The notes under the pieces are model-generated. The model worked only from the letters and a program-made list of their open reading frames with translations, made no database searches and was not told the origin of the DNA. The translations under genes and the position numbers were made by a program. 64,000 bases of DNA, taken from positions 1 through 64,000 of the forward strand of contig CBDAFS010000049.1 of NCBI GenBank assembly GCA_965195285.1. Reading direction: 5' to 3'. The stretch is from an uncultured Aminicenantes bacterium (GTDB lineage Bacteria > Acidobacteriota > Aminicenantia > UBA2199). This document shows positions 9,268 through 17,224 of this stretch, one piece after another; positions within the stretch are counted from its first letter, which is position 1; each line of letters begins with the position of its first letter.

Positions 9268-9918
9268 ATGAAAAATTTCCTTCAAAGAAAATCGACAAGA
9301 TTAAAGGAATTTAATTATTCGGCAAATCGTATCTATTTCGTTACCGTCTGTACCAAAAACCGTGAATCCTATCTTGGGTACATAGCCGAAGGGAAAATGC
9401 ATTTGTCAACAATCGGTGAGATAGCTGAAAAATGCTGGATCAAAATTCCGACCCATTTTCCAGATATTGAATTAATGGATTTTATCATCATGCCGGATCA
9501 TGTTCACGGCATTTTAAAGATTCAAAAATCATATGATTATAATGGGAACAGGCAGAATGATAATATTGGGAAGAGGCATGCCATTAATATAAGGAACAGC
9601 CATGGCGCGGATATGCGGAACAGGCATGCCGGAGATATACGGAACAGGCATGCCTGTTCCCTACAATTGAAACAAACGAGAAATCATCAGAAATTGCCGG
9701 TTGTAATCGGGTCTTTCAAATCCTCGGTCACACGAATGGTCAGACACTTGGGTGATGATGAATATTTCGCTTGGCAAAAATCATATTATGATCGAATCAT
9801 CAGAAATAGCCATGAATTAAAAACCATTAGAGAATATATCAAGATCAATCCCCAGATTTGGTCACCGGATGATCATTCAATTGAATTTAAATCAAATGTA
9901 GGGTTCAGCCATGGCTGA
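9268..9918 (+). mobile_element. REP-associated tyrosine transposase (RAYT/TnpA-REP, IS200/IS605-superfamily Y1 HUH)
   Basis: RKSTRLKEFNYS...YFVTVCT, MPDHVHGI (HUH), IGSFKS, WQKSYYDRIIR, EYIKINP (catalytic Tyr); flanked by GTAG REPs. Confidence 0.92.
9544..9664 (+). repeat. Five in-frame 24-nt tandem REP-derived units inside the RAYT gene
   Basis: GGAA-starting units at 9545, 9569, 9593, 9617, 9641; the last completes GGAACAGGCATGCCTGTTCCCTAC. Confidence 0.85.
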
Positions 9919-9921
9919 ACC
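9898..9921. repeat. Variant GTAG REP palindrome overlapping the RAYT stop codon
   Basis: GTAGGGTTCAGCCATGGCTGAACC, perfect hairpin with compensatory changes relative to the other copies. Confidence 0.75.
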
Positions 9922-10005
9922 GATATTTGGATACACATTTATATAAAAAAGCGGATCGGATCCTGCTGATCGGTTCTGGATCCGGCTCGGAAAAAAGGAG
10001 GGAAC

Positions 10006-10455
10006 ATGTCAATAAAAACACCCAGGGTTTATTGCTTTTATCCACCCTCAAAAAATGAGAAGGAAAAACTGTTGTTGTGGATTCCAAAGGAGGAGTATCC
10101 AAAATTCTTTCCGGGAAGGAAAAAACAAAAAGAGATGAAAAAATATTATCCGGATGGAATCGAAATTGAGGTTTCTGATGAGGGATTTGCCGAACATGAA
10201 ATTAACATGGAAATGAATCCCGAAAAATTGAAGAAGGCTTATCATGATTTGGCCAGGCAAAAATCAATACCGATGTCGGGTGTGGTAGATGGACAAAGCC
10301 TGAAAAAAGATGCCAAGGCGAAAACGGTTGGACCCCGCACGACTGCTTCCAGAGTCAGAACCACAAAAAAAGCGGTTAAAAAGATCAGAAAATTACCGGA
10401 ACCGAAGATGACCGATGGTGATGATGCTTTAACGGTTTTTTCTAAAATACAATAA
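10006..10455 (+). CDS. Hypothetical protein (Lys-rich C-terminus)
   Basis: 149-aa ORF with AGGAGG RBS, 12 nt upstream of the MBL gene; no family recognised. Confidence 0.65.
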   Translation: MSIKTPRVYCFYPPSKNEKEKLLLWIPKEEYPKFFPGRKKQKEMKKYYPDGIEIEVSDEGFAEHEINMEMNPEKLKKAYHDLARQKSIPMSGVVDGQSLKKDAKAKTVGPRTTASRVRTTKKAVKKIRKLPEPKMTDGDDALTVFSKIQ

Positions 10456-10467
10456 CAGGGGGAAAGA

Positions 10468-11391
10468 ATGGCAAATTTGGAAATCTATATGTTAAATGTA
10501 GGCCAGGCAGATACCACGGTTATAAAAACTCCCGGAGGTAAAGTGATTATCATAGATGCGGTGAAACCATGGAAAATCGATGATATTTTAAATTTAATCC
10601 AAGTCAATGGGGGTATTTCCCATCTTTTAATAACCCATCCTCATTATGATCATTATTCTGCTGCTTCATATCTTGTGGATAATTACATGGTAGAGAAGGT
10701 GACCCTGGCACCTTTCTGGTTCAACGGAACAGGCACACCTTCATATCATAATATGATTAATCGGATTAATGACAAAAAAATTCCAACAAGATTTATATCC
10801 GGTTATGAGCGATTGTTCCCGGATGGGGGAAATTTTCCTGATTATGAAGATTGCCTTTATCTTGAGCTTCTCGGACCGACCAACAGTGCCTTAAAAGACC
10901 TTGAAGAAGCCAACATTATCAATCCCAATCATCTGTCCATTATTACCAAACTGGTGTATAAAAAGTTTGCCATGGTATCTGCCGGAGATGCACAGATGGA
11001 AAACTGGGCTCACTTTGACCAGGAAGGTTTGATAGACGAGAAATGTGATGTGTTGAAAGTCGCCCACCATGGCAGTAAAAGAGGTAATCAATGGGAGCGT
11101 ATCGAACGCCTGGCGCCCAAGGCGGTCATCGTATCATCGGATCCTGATTGTGATGATCATTTACCGGATGCCATCGGAAGTATCATATTTAATCAATATG
11201 ATAACAAGCAGGGGTGTGATGTTTTTCTTACCCGGGACACAGGTACGTTGAAAATCGAGGTGACCAACCCTGCAACGGGCAGGTTTTCCGTGCTGTCGTA
11301 CGGTGATGGCAGGAATGATTCATTAACAGGCTTAAATCTGTCTTCGCCTCAAAACACAGATTGGGCAACATTGGTACAGAATAGGATATGA
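10468..11391 (+). CDS. ComEC/Rec2-type metallo-beta-lactamase-fold hydrolase (stand-alone)
   Basis: NVGQAD, THPHYDHY (HxHxDH), GDA, VAHHGS motifs. Confidence 0.85.
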   Translation: MANLEIYMLNVGQADTTVIKTPGGKVIIIDAVKPWKIDDILNLIQVNGGISHLLITHPHYDHYSAASYLVDNYMVEKVTLAPFWFNGTGTPSYHNMINRINDKKIPTRFISGYERLFPDGGNFPDYEDCLYLELLGPTNSALKDLEEANIINPNHLSIITKLVYKKFAMVSAGDAQMENWAHFDQEGLIDEKCDVLKVAHHGSKRGNQWERIERLAPKAVIVSSDPDCDDHLPDAIGSIIFNQYDNKQGCDVFLTRDTGTLKIEVTNPATGRFSVLSYGDGRNDSLTGLNLSSPQNTDWATLVQNRI

Positions 11392-11395
11392 AGAT

Positions 11396-11423
11396 GTAGG
11401 GAACAGGCATGCCTGTTCCTTAC
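11396..11423. repeat. GTAG-type REP palindrome
   Basis: GTAGGGAACAGGCATGCCTGTTCCTTAC. Confidence 0.9.
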
Positions 11424-11441
11424 AATATGGAGGTAAAAGAT

Positions 11442-12665
11442 ATGTCTATTAGGAAAAAAATCACATTTTTAATGTTTGCAGTCGCCCTGTGCCTGTCAAC
11501 AATTACCCTGTCATGCGTTAGCCAAACCAGGCCGTTTACCAGTAAAAAAATGACTTTTGAATTGCTGACGATTCATGCCGACATCTGTCCTAGAATTCCT
11601 TTCGATATGGACAAATCCAAAATTGTTTTTTTCAGTGATTTGCACCGGGGGATGGGCACGACGGATGTATTCAAAAACAATAAGATTTTATTTGAAAAAA
11701 TCTTGAATCATTATTTTGAACTCGGCTACACACTTGTTTATAACGGCGACATCGAAGAGGGATGGGGATACCAAAGAAGCAATATTCCTCTGATCCTCGA
11801 CAACCATAAAAATCAAATCGAAATAGAAAAAAAGTTTCTAAAAGAGAATCGCTATTATCGGATATACGGCAATCATGACGACTTCTATAGAGGGCATAAT
11901 ATGTATTTTGATAAAACCACGTATACACGGGTTTATCCGGCTGTTATATTTGAACAAATTCTGGAGAATGGAAACAAATTTATCATATTTTCGACTCATG
12001 GATGCCAGGGGCATGGATTACATGATGCCGGTGATGATGTTGCGGCCTGGGGAGTCTCCATTAAATACCTATGGCTTCTTCAGTTTAGGCAAAAAAAATT
12101 CAAATCGGATAAACAGGCGATCAAGGAAATGGAAAAAGTGAGAGCGGAATATGACAAGCACGAAAAATATATGTTGGAATGGGCTTTTGGTAATAGCCTC
12201 CAGAAAAAGTGCAATATTCTCATTGGCGGACACACACATCGAGTTATCTTTGAATCTGCATTTGAACCAAAAATGATTTCCATAATGAGAAATGACTATG
12301 AAGAGGAGGCAAAAAGAATTGAAAGGAATAGGGACAAACCAGACGAAATGGCTGCAGAAAGCCCTTTTGAAGGCGATGAATTCAGCCAAAGGAAAACATT
12401 AAGTTCTTATGAGCAAAAAATAATCGAGAAACTGAAAAAAATGGAGAGCGAACCGACTCAACCGCTTCAAATAACTGATAAATCAAAAAGAGATATTGCT
12501 TTCAGTCCGGTTTATTTTAATTCAGGTTGTGCCTTTTTCAGCGAAATACCCTGCATCGAAATATCCGATGGCAAAATAAAGATTACTTATATTCGATTGG
12601 ATGCATCCGGCGAATTGGAATTTGATACACGAAGGGAAGCAAGCTTGAAAAAATACATTCAATGA
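11442..12665 (+). CDS. Calcineurin-like metallophosphoesterase, predicted lipoprotein
   Basis: SDLH, GDIEE, GNHD, THG, GHTH, NSG motifs; signal peptide ending LS-C; start re-called at 11442 after GGAGG. Confidence 0.82.
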   Translation: MSIRKKITFLMFAVALCLSTITLSCVSQTRPFTSKKMTFELLTIHADICPRIPFDMDKSKIVFFSDLHRGMGTTDVFKNNKILFEKILNHYFELGYTLVYNGDIEEGWGYQRSNIPLILDNHKNQIEIEKKFLKENRYYRIYGNHDDFYRGHNMYFDKTTYTRVYPAVIFEQILENGNKFIIFSTHGCQGHGLHDAGDDVAAWGVSIKYLWLLQFRQKKFKSDKQAIKEMEKVRAEYDKHEKYMLEWAFGNSLQKKCNILIGGHTHRVIFESAFEPKMISIMRNDYEEEAKRIERNRDKPDEMAAESPFEGDEFSQRKTLSSYEQKIIEKLKKMESEPTQPLQITDKSKRDIAFSPVYFNSGCAFFSEIPCIEISDGKIKITYIRLDASGELEFDTRREASLKKYIQ

Positions 12666-12701
12666 AATATAGAACAAAATATTATTTGAAGGAGGAGGAG
12701 G

Positions 12702-13799
12702 ATGAAAAAACAAAAGCATTTTCTTTTAATTGGATCAATTGTCATTGTCGGATTGTTAACCTTGGCAAACCAATGTCCGCCTTGTGAAAAATCACATGAA
12801 CCGGGAAAAATGGGATTTGCCCTGGCAATCGGATTGAACGAAGTAGATCCGGATCACTATTCCGGTTGGATAGGTGAACTATCCGGATGCGAACCTGATG
12901 CCAAAGACATGGAAATGATTGCATCATCTCAGGGATTTGTTACCGACATGTTGCTTACAAAAAAGGCCACGAGAAAAAATGTGCGAGAAAAGCTTGAGTG
13001 CCTTTCCAAGAGGTTGAAGAGCGGTGACCTGCTGGTGGTGAGTTATTCCGGACACGGGGGGCAAGTTCCGGATGTAAACGGGGATGAAGATGATGGGCTG
13101 GATGAAACATGGTGTCTTTATGACGGGGAATTTCTTGATGATGAGCTATTCGCGCTTTGGACCAAATTCCAGCCCGGCGTGCGTATCCTTGTCTTTTCAG
13201 ATAGCTGCCACAGTGGCACTGTACTGAAAATGAAGAAAGTGGATTTTGAAAAACCGGATCCGCAGCGAATTGAAATTTTTAAAAGAGAGTGGCAAAAGAT
13301 CAAAAAACAACCGAAATTGGATAAACCCGCGATTGTCTCAATCATTGAAGAAAACAAAGCTATGCGAATGCGGATAACGCCAATGGTACGAAAAAGAGAT
13401 ATGCAGCCATTCACTATTGAAAATATCGCCCCGACGTTGGTTTCCAGACTGGCGTCCCCGATGATCTTGGCAAATACCTACCAGAGTCACAAAGATTTTT
13501 ACGATAAGATTGGTAGGGAAGCACCCAAGGAAGATTCGACTTCTGTCAAGGCATCACTTATTTTGATTTCCGGTTGTGAAGATGATCAGGCGTCGGCAGA
13601 TATCGGATTCAACGGGCTTTTCACCTGGATGCTGAAAAATGTGTGGCAGAACGGAAACTTTAATGGTAACCATCAAAAATTTTACGATGAGATAAAGACA
13701 AAAGTGCTTGCATCAAACGATGATCAGTCTCCGAAACTGTCTACGCTAGGTACCAACTTTGCCGTATTCCTTAACCAACGACCTTATGAGATTGAATGA
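12702..13799 (+). CDS. Caspase-family (metacaspase, peptidase C14) protein with N-terminal signal/TM segment
   Basis: ALAIGLN, SYSGHGG (catalytic His), FSDSCHSG (catalytic Cys), SGCEDDQ, GLFT, QSP. Confidence 0.9.
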   Translation: MKKQKHFLLIGSIVIVGLLTLANQCPPCEKSHEPGKMGFALAIGLNEVDPDHYSGWIGELSGCEPDAKDMEMIASSQGFVTDMLLTKKATRKNVREKLECLSKRLKSGDLLVVSYSGHGGQVPDVNGDEDDGLDETWCLYDGEFLDDELFALWTKFQPGVRILVFSDSCHSGTVLKMKKVDFEKPDPQRIEIFKREWQKIKKQPKLDKPAIVSIIEENKAMRMRITPMVRKRDMQPFTIENIAPTLVSRLASPMILANTYQSHKDFYDKIGREAPKEDSTSVKASLILISGCEDDQASADIGFNGLFTWMLKNVWQNGNFNGNHQKFYDEIKTKVLASNDDQSPKLSTLGTNFAVFLNQRPYEIE

Positions 13800-13906
13800 C
13801 ATTCAGGCCAATTAATGTAGATTTGCTCTTTCGTTATAGCCTGAGAAAATTGCTTTATTCTGAATTTAGAGACTGAAAGATCGGTTTATAATGAATTGAA
13901 ATCTGA

Positions 13907-13934
13907 GTAGGGAACAGGTATCCCTGTTCCCTAC
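13907..13934. repeat. GTAG-type REP palindrome
   Basis: GTAGGGAACAGGTATCCCTGTTCCCTAC. Confidence 0.9.
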
Positions 13935-14042
13935 TGATCCCTGGCGATTTCCAATTTTTTTAGAAAATCATTTGACAAACCAGCGGAGTTGTTTTATATA
14001 TGCAATATATATAATGGAAACCGTTTCCAAAAAGGAGGTTTC

Positions 14043-15107
14043 ATGAAACGAGGAATGTTCAAACTCAAAGGGTTAATCGGAGTTATACTTTTTCTGTTCA
14101 TTTTCATTTCCGGGTGGTTTGTTATTGGTTCCGAAGTGGAGAAAGAAAAATCCTGCTTTTTCAACAGCCTGCATCATACCGGGGAAGGCATGCGCTACTG
14201 GTATGAAAAAAGTGGCGGATTTATGGATATTACCGGGATTCCCTATGATAAACTGGATTGCCAGACCTGCCATATAAAATCCTGCGATAGATGTCATGCC
14301 CAAAAAGAGGGAGATAAATGCACCTACAGCCTGGAAAAGGCAAAGGAAACCGCTACCTGCCTGGCCTGCCATTCCCGGGAGAAAGTGACCTTTAAATTAT
14401 GTGAAAGCAACAATACACTTGATGTCCATATAGCCAGTGGAATGGGCTGTGTGGATTGCCATAAGGGCGAGGATATTCACGGAGACGGTACGCCTTATAA
14501 AACCATGCGGGATCCCGGAGCAGTAAAAGTCGCCTGCACCAATTGCCATGAGCCGGAAAAAGATATTGAGGCGCACCAGGTCCACAATGACAAACTGGAT
14601 TGTGCGGCCTGTCATATTGCCAACACCACATCCTGTCTGAATTGCCATTTTGACAACTTTTTAGAACAGAAAACCCGTAAGGGAAATTTTTTCCCGCCCT
14701 GTCAGGATTGGACCCTGCTGGTCAATTACCGGGGCAAAGTGACTTCCGGAAACGTTCAAACCCTGGTTTATCAAAAGCAAAAATTTATTGCCTATGCACC
14801 GTATTTTACCCATGCGGTTCAGGCCAAAGCCAGAAATTGTCCGGACTGCCATGACAACCCGGCAATCAGGCGCATTCAGGCGGGAGAATCGGTTCCCATG
14901 GCGACTTTTACGGATAACCGGATGATTTCCTGGAAAGGGGTGGTTCCCCTGGTTCCAGATAAATTGAAATGGGATTTTGCCGACAAACAAGGTGATCAGT
15001 GGATCCTTCTCAAATCAGATCAGGAACCCCTTGTCCAGTTTGTTTGCTATGCCGAACCGTTAACCGAGGATCAGTTAAAGAAACTACAAAAATCACAAAA
15101 AAAGTAA
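14043..15107 (+). CDS. Exported octaheme c-type cytochrome
   Basis: Eight CxxCH motifs (CQTCH, CDRCH, CLACH, CVDCH, CTNCH, CAACH, CLNCH, CPDCH); hydrophobic N-terminus; AAGGAGG RBS before 14043. Confidence 0.88.
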   Translation: MKRGMFKLKGLIGVILFLFIFISGWFVIGSEVEKEKSCFFNSLHHTGEGMRYWYEKSGGFMDITGIPYDKLDCQTCHIKSCDRCHAQKEGDKCTYSLEKAKETATCLACHSREKVTFKLCESNNTLDVHIASGMGCVDCHKGEDIHGDGTPYKTMRDPGAVKVACTNCHEPEKDIEAHQVHNDKLDCAACHIANTTSCLNCHFDNFLEQKTRKGNFFPPCQDWTLLVNYRGKVTSGNVQTLVYQKQKFIAYAPYFTHAVQAKARNCPDCHDNPAIRRIQAGESVPMATFTDNRMISWKGVVPLVPDKLKWDFADKQGDQWILLKSDQEPLVQFVCYAEPLTEDQLKKLQKSQKK

Positions 15108-15187
15108 GCCGGTCTACCATTTCCGACGGATATCTCACCCGGATGACGGGAGTAAAGTGTTATCCGTAACGGTGAATCGAATCAACC

Positions 15188-16210
15188 TTATTGATCAGAT
15201 GCAATTTCTTCTGTAATTTTTGTCCAAACTCCATCCAATCCGTACAATTGAGTATAAACATGTTCCCAGCCACCCAGATAATGAATTTTAAACAGTTGCT
15301 TGGGCCTGGGGTATTCCCGGCTGAATTCCAGGGCGATCAAATCATTAACCGGCCGGAATCCATAATGGGCAAAAGCACGCTGAGCCGTATTACCGAACAG
15401 ATAGTCAATGAAGGCTTCGGCAATATCACGATTCCCATGTCGGTCAACATTTCGATCAATGAGTGCAACCGGATTTTCTATCAATATAGTAGCTTCCGGT
15501 AGCAGGAAGGGGAATTCCTTGCCCTGTTTCTGTCTCAGAAGGGCTTCGTTTTCATAAGTGAGCAGGACATCTCCGATTCCGTTTTCAAAAGTGGTCACAG
15601 ATGCCCTTCCCGATTTATCCATTACTTTGACTCTTTTTTGGATTTCTTTGAGAAAGTTTTTTGCATATGCTTCATCTTTTTGATTCAGTTTCATTTCGCT
15701 CAAATGCAGTCCGCTTCCGTAAATAGCGTTTACCACCCACATGGCTCCTCCTGAAGTTTTCGGACTGGGGTAAATCACATCGACGTCCTTACGTCTAAGA
15801 TCTTCCCAGCCTTTTATGACTTTTGGATTCCCGGGTCGAAAACAGATGACCACTACCGACCGGGTTACAAAACCGTCATACTGTCTGTTTTTCCAATTAT
15901 GGGTAATCAAATCGGTTTTTTCCAATCGGGCAATATCCTTTTCAAGTGACAGTGCAGCGATGTCTGCTTCAAATCCAGAGGCAATGGCTCTGGATTGTGC
16001 GCCTGAGGCCATATAGGATTCGTAAAACCGGATATCTTCTCCGGTTTTATCTTTCCAGTGTTTTTTAAAACCCGGAATAATTTCTTTTTGATATACTTCC
16101 TTGGGCACTGTGTATACTCCCAGGGTAAGGGTCCTTAATTTATTCTCTTTGCTTGTGTCACAACCGAATAGTACAAAAAATGAAATAAATAATATTAATA
16201 ATTTTTTCAT
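15188..16210 (-). CDS. sbp: Sulfate/thiosulfate ABC transporter substrate-binding lipoprotein
   Basis: SYMASGAQSRAI, ADIAALSL, SPKTSGGA, GDVLLTYENE; lipobox LFGC; start re-called at 16210. Confidence 0.9.
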   Translation of the reverse strand: MKKLLILFISFFVLFGCDTSKENKLRTLTLGVYTVPKEVYQKEIIPGFKKHWKDKTGEDIRFYESYMASGAQSRAIASGFEADIAALSLEKDIARLEKTDLITHNWKNRQYDGFVTRSVVVICFRPGNPKVIKGWEDLRRKDVDVIYPSPKTSGGAMWVVNAIYGSGLHLSEMKLNQKDEAYAKNFLKEIQKRVKVMDKSGRASVTTFENGIGDVLLTYENEALLRQKQGKEFPFLLPEATILIENPVALIDRNVDRHGNRDIAEAFIDYLFGNTAQRAFAHYGFRPVNDLIALEFSREYPRPKQLFKIHYLGGWEHVYTQLYGLDGVWTKITEEIASDQ

Positions 16211-16262
16211 ATTTGACTCCTTTTTCAAATGATTTTCCATGATATTGGTGGTATTGCAATTG

Positions 16263-16298
16263 TACTATAATTATAATATATTAATATTATTTTTTCAA
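16263..16298 (-). promoter_or_regulatory. sbp promoter with palindromic operator over the -10
   Basis: Minus-strand TTGAAA (16298-16293), 17 nt, TATAAT (16275-16270); TACTATAATTATAATA at 16263-16278 matches the cysT site at 14/16. Confidence 0.65.
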
Positions 16299-16423
16299 CT
16301 TTATTCCTGATAAAATTTGCTTAATTTTTCCAATTGTAATTTGTTCGAATTGAAAAGAATAAAAGATTTAATTCGGAACAAGAGAGGTTGAGAGATTATT
16401 CTCCGGTGTTTATTTTGATTTTT

Positions 16424-17224
16424 TTAGTCAGTATTTAAATTTTTCAAATTTTTTAAATCTTCTTCTAATTGAGTGGGTTCCATTTTTATAATCCACCCTT
16501 CCTGATAGGGATCAATCATCAGGATTGTAGGATCCTTTTTTATGTTTTCATTAATATGAATTACCTTTCCGCTTGTAGGAGACCACAATCTATGGGTCTT
16601 GTTTTGTGAATCTTTAATAGTCAAACAAGTTTCTCCCTGATGTTTTATTGTTCCTGATTCCGGAAGATGAATTGATGTAATATCAATAAGGCTTCTCAGA
16701 AAAACATGGTGTATTCCAATCGTCACATGTCCTTCTTTTTCAATTTTTACCCAGGAGTTATCAGGAATACAATAGTATTGTCCCGGAGGGAGGTGAAGCG
16801 TAACCAGTTTTATCTCCGCTATTCCTTTTTCCGCAGCAATTTCCTCGTAGATAAACCTCTTTTCCAAAGCCCTGGATACAATACTTAATAATTCATCCGG
16901 GGTAAAAGGTTTGGGTAAAAAATCAAAAGCACCCAACTTAATGGATTGCACTGCTTTTTTTATAGATGGATATCCGGTAATCATAATCAATGTGATATCC
17001 GAATTTCTCTTTTTCACCTTCTTTATGAGTTCAATACCGTCTAAGCCAGGCATCATTAAGTCAATAACCATAACAGCATATTTTTTTTCCGGTTCTTTTT
17101 TTAATGCCTCTTCTCCACTATATGCCATGTCAACGATATGTCCTTCAGCTTTTAAAGCACTGGAAATACTTTTACATACGGGTATATCATCATCTACCAC
17201 TAAAATATTTGCTTCATATTTCAT
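16424..17224 (-). CDS. Response regulator: receiver domain fused to a glycine-cleavage H-protein-like domain
   Basis: LVVDDD, DLMMPGLDG, ITG, KPF receiver motifs; then NSWV...VTIG...SPTSGKVIHIN...DPYQEGWI. Confidence 0.8.
   Translation of the reverse strand: MKYEANILVVDDDIPVCKSISSALKAEGHIVDMAYSGEEALKKEPEKKYAVMVIDLMMPGLDGIELIKKVKKRNSDITLIMITGYPSIKKAVQSIKLGAFDFLPKPFTPDELLSIVSRALEKRFIYEEIAAEKGIAEIKLVTLHLPPGQYYCIPDNSWVKIEKEGHVTIGIHHVFLRSLIDITSIHLPESGTIKHQGETCLTIKDSQNKTHRLWSPTSGKVIHINENIKKDPTILMIDPYQEGWIIKMEPTQLEEDLKNLKNLNTD

Noticed and set aside
9544-9664. 24-nt periodic units as a mini-CRISPR
   Set aside because: Units are in frame inside the transposase and the variable parts are only about 10 nt
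11409-11441. ORF-track start of the metallophosphoesterase at 11409
   Set aside because: That ATG is the centre of the REP palindrome; ATG 11442 has a GGAGG RBS and gives a proper signal peptide
6833-13934. 28-nt palindromic repeats as a CRISPR array
   Set aside because: Copies are kilobases apart with genes between them, start with GTAG, flank a RAYT, and no cas genes are present
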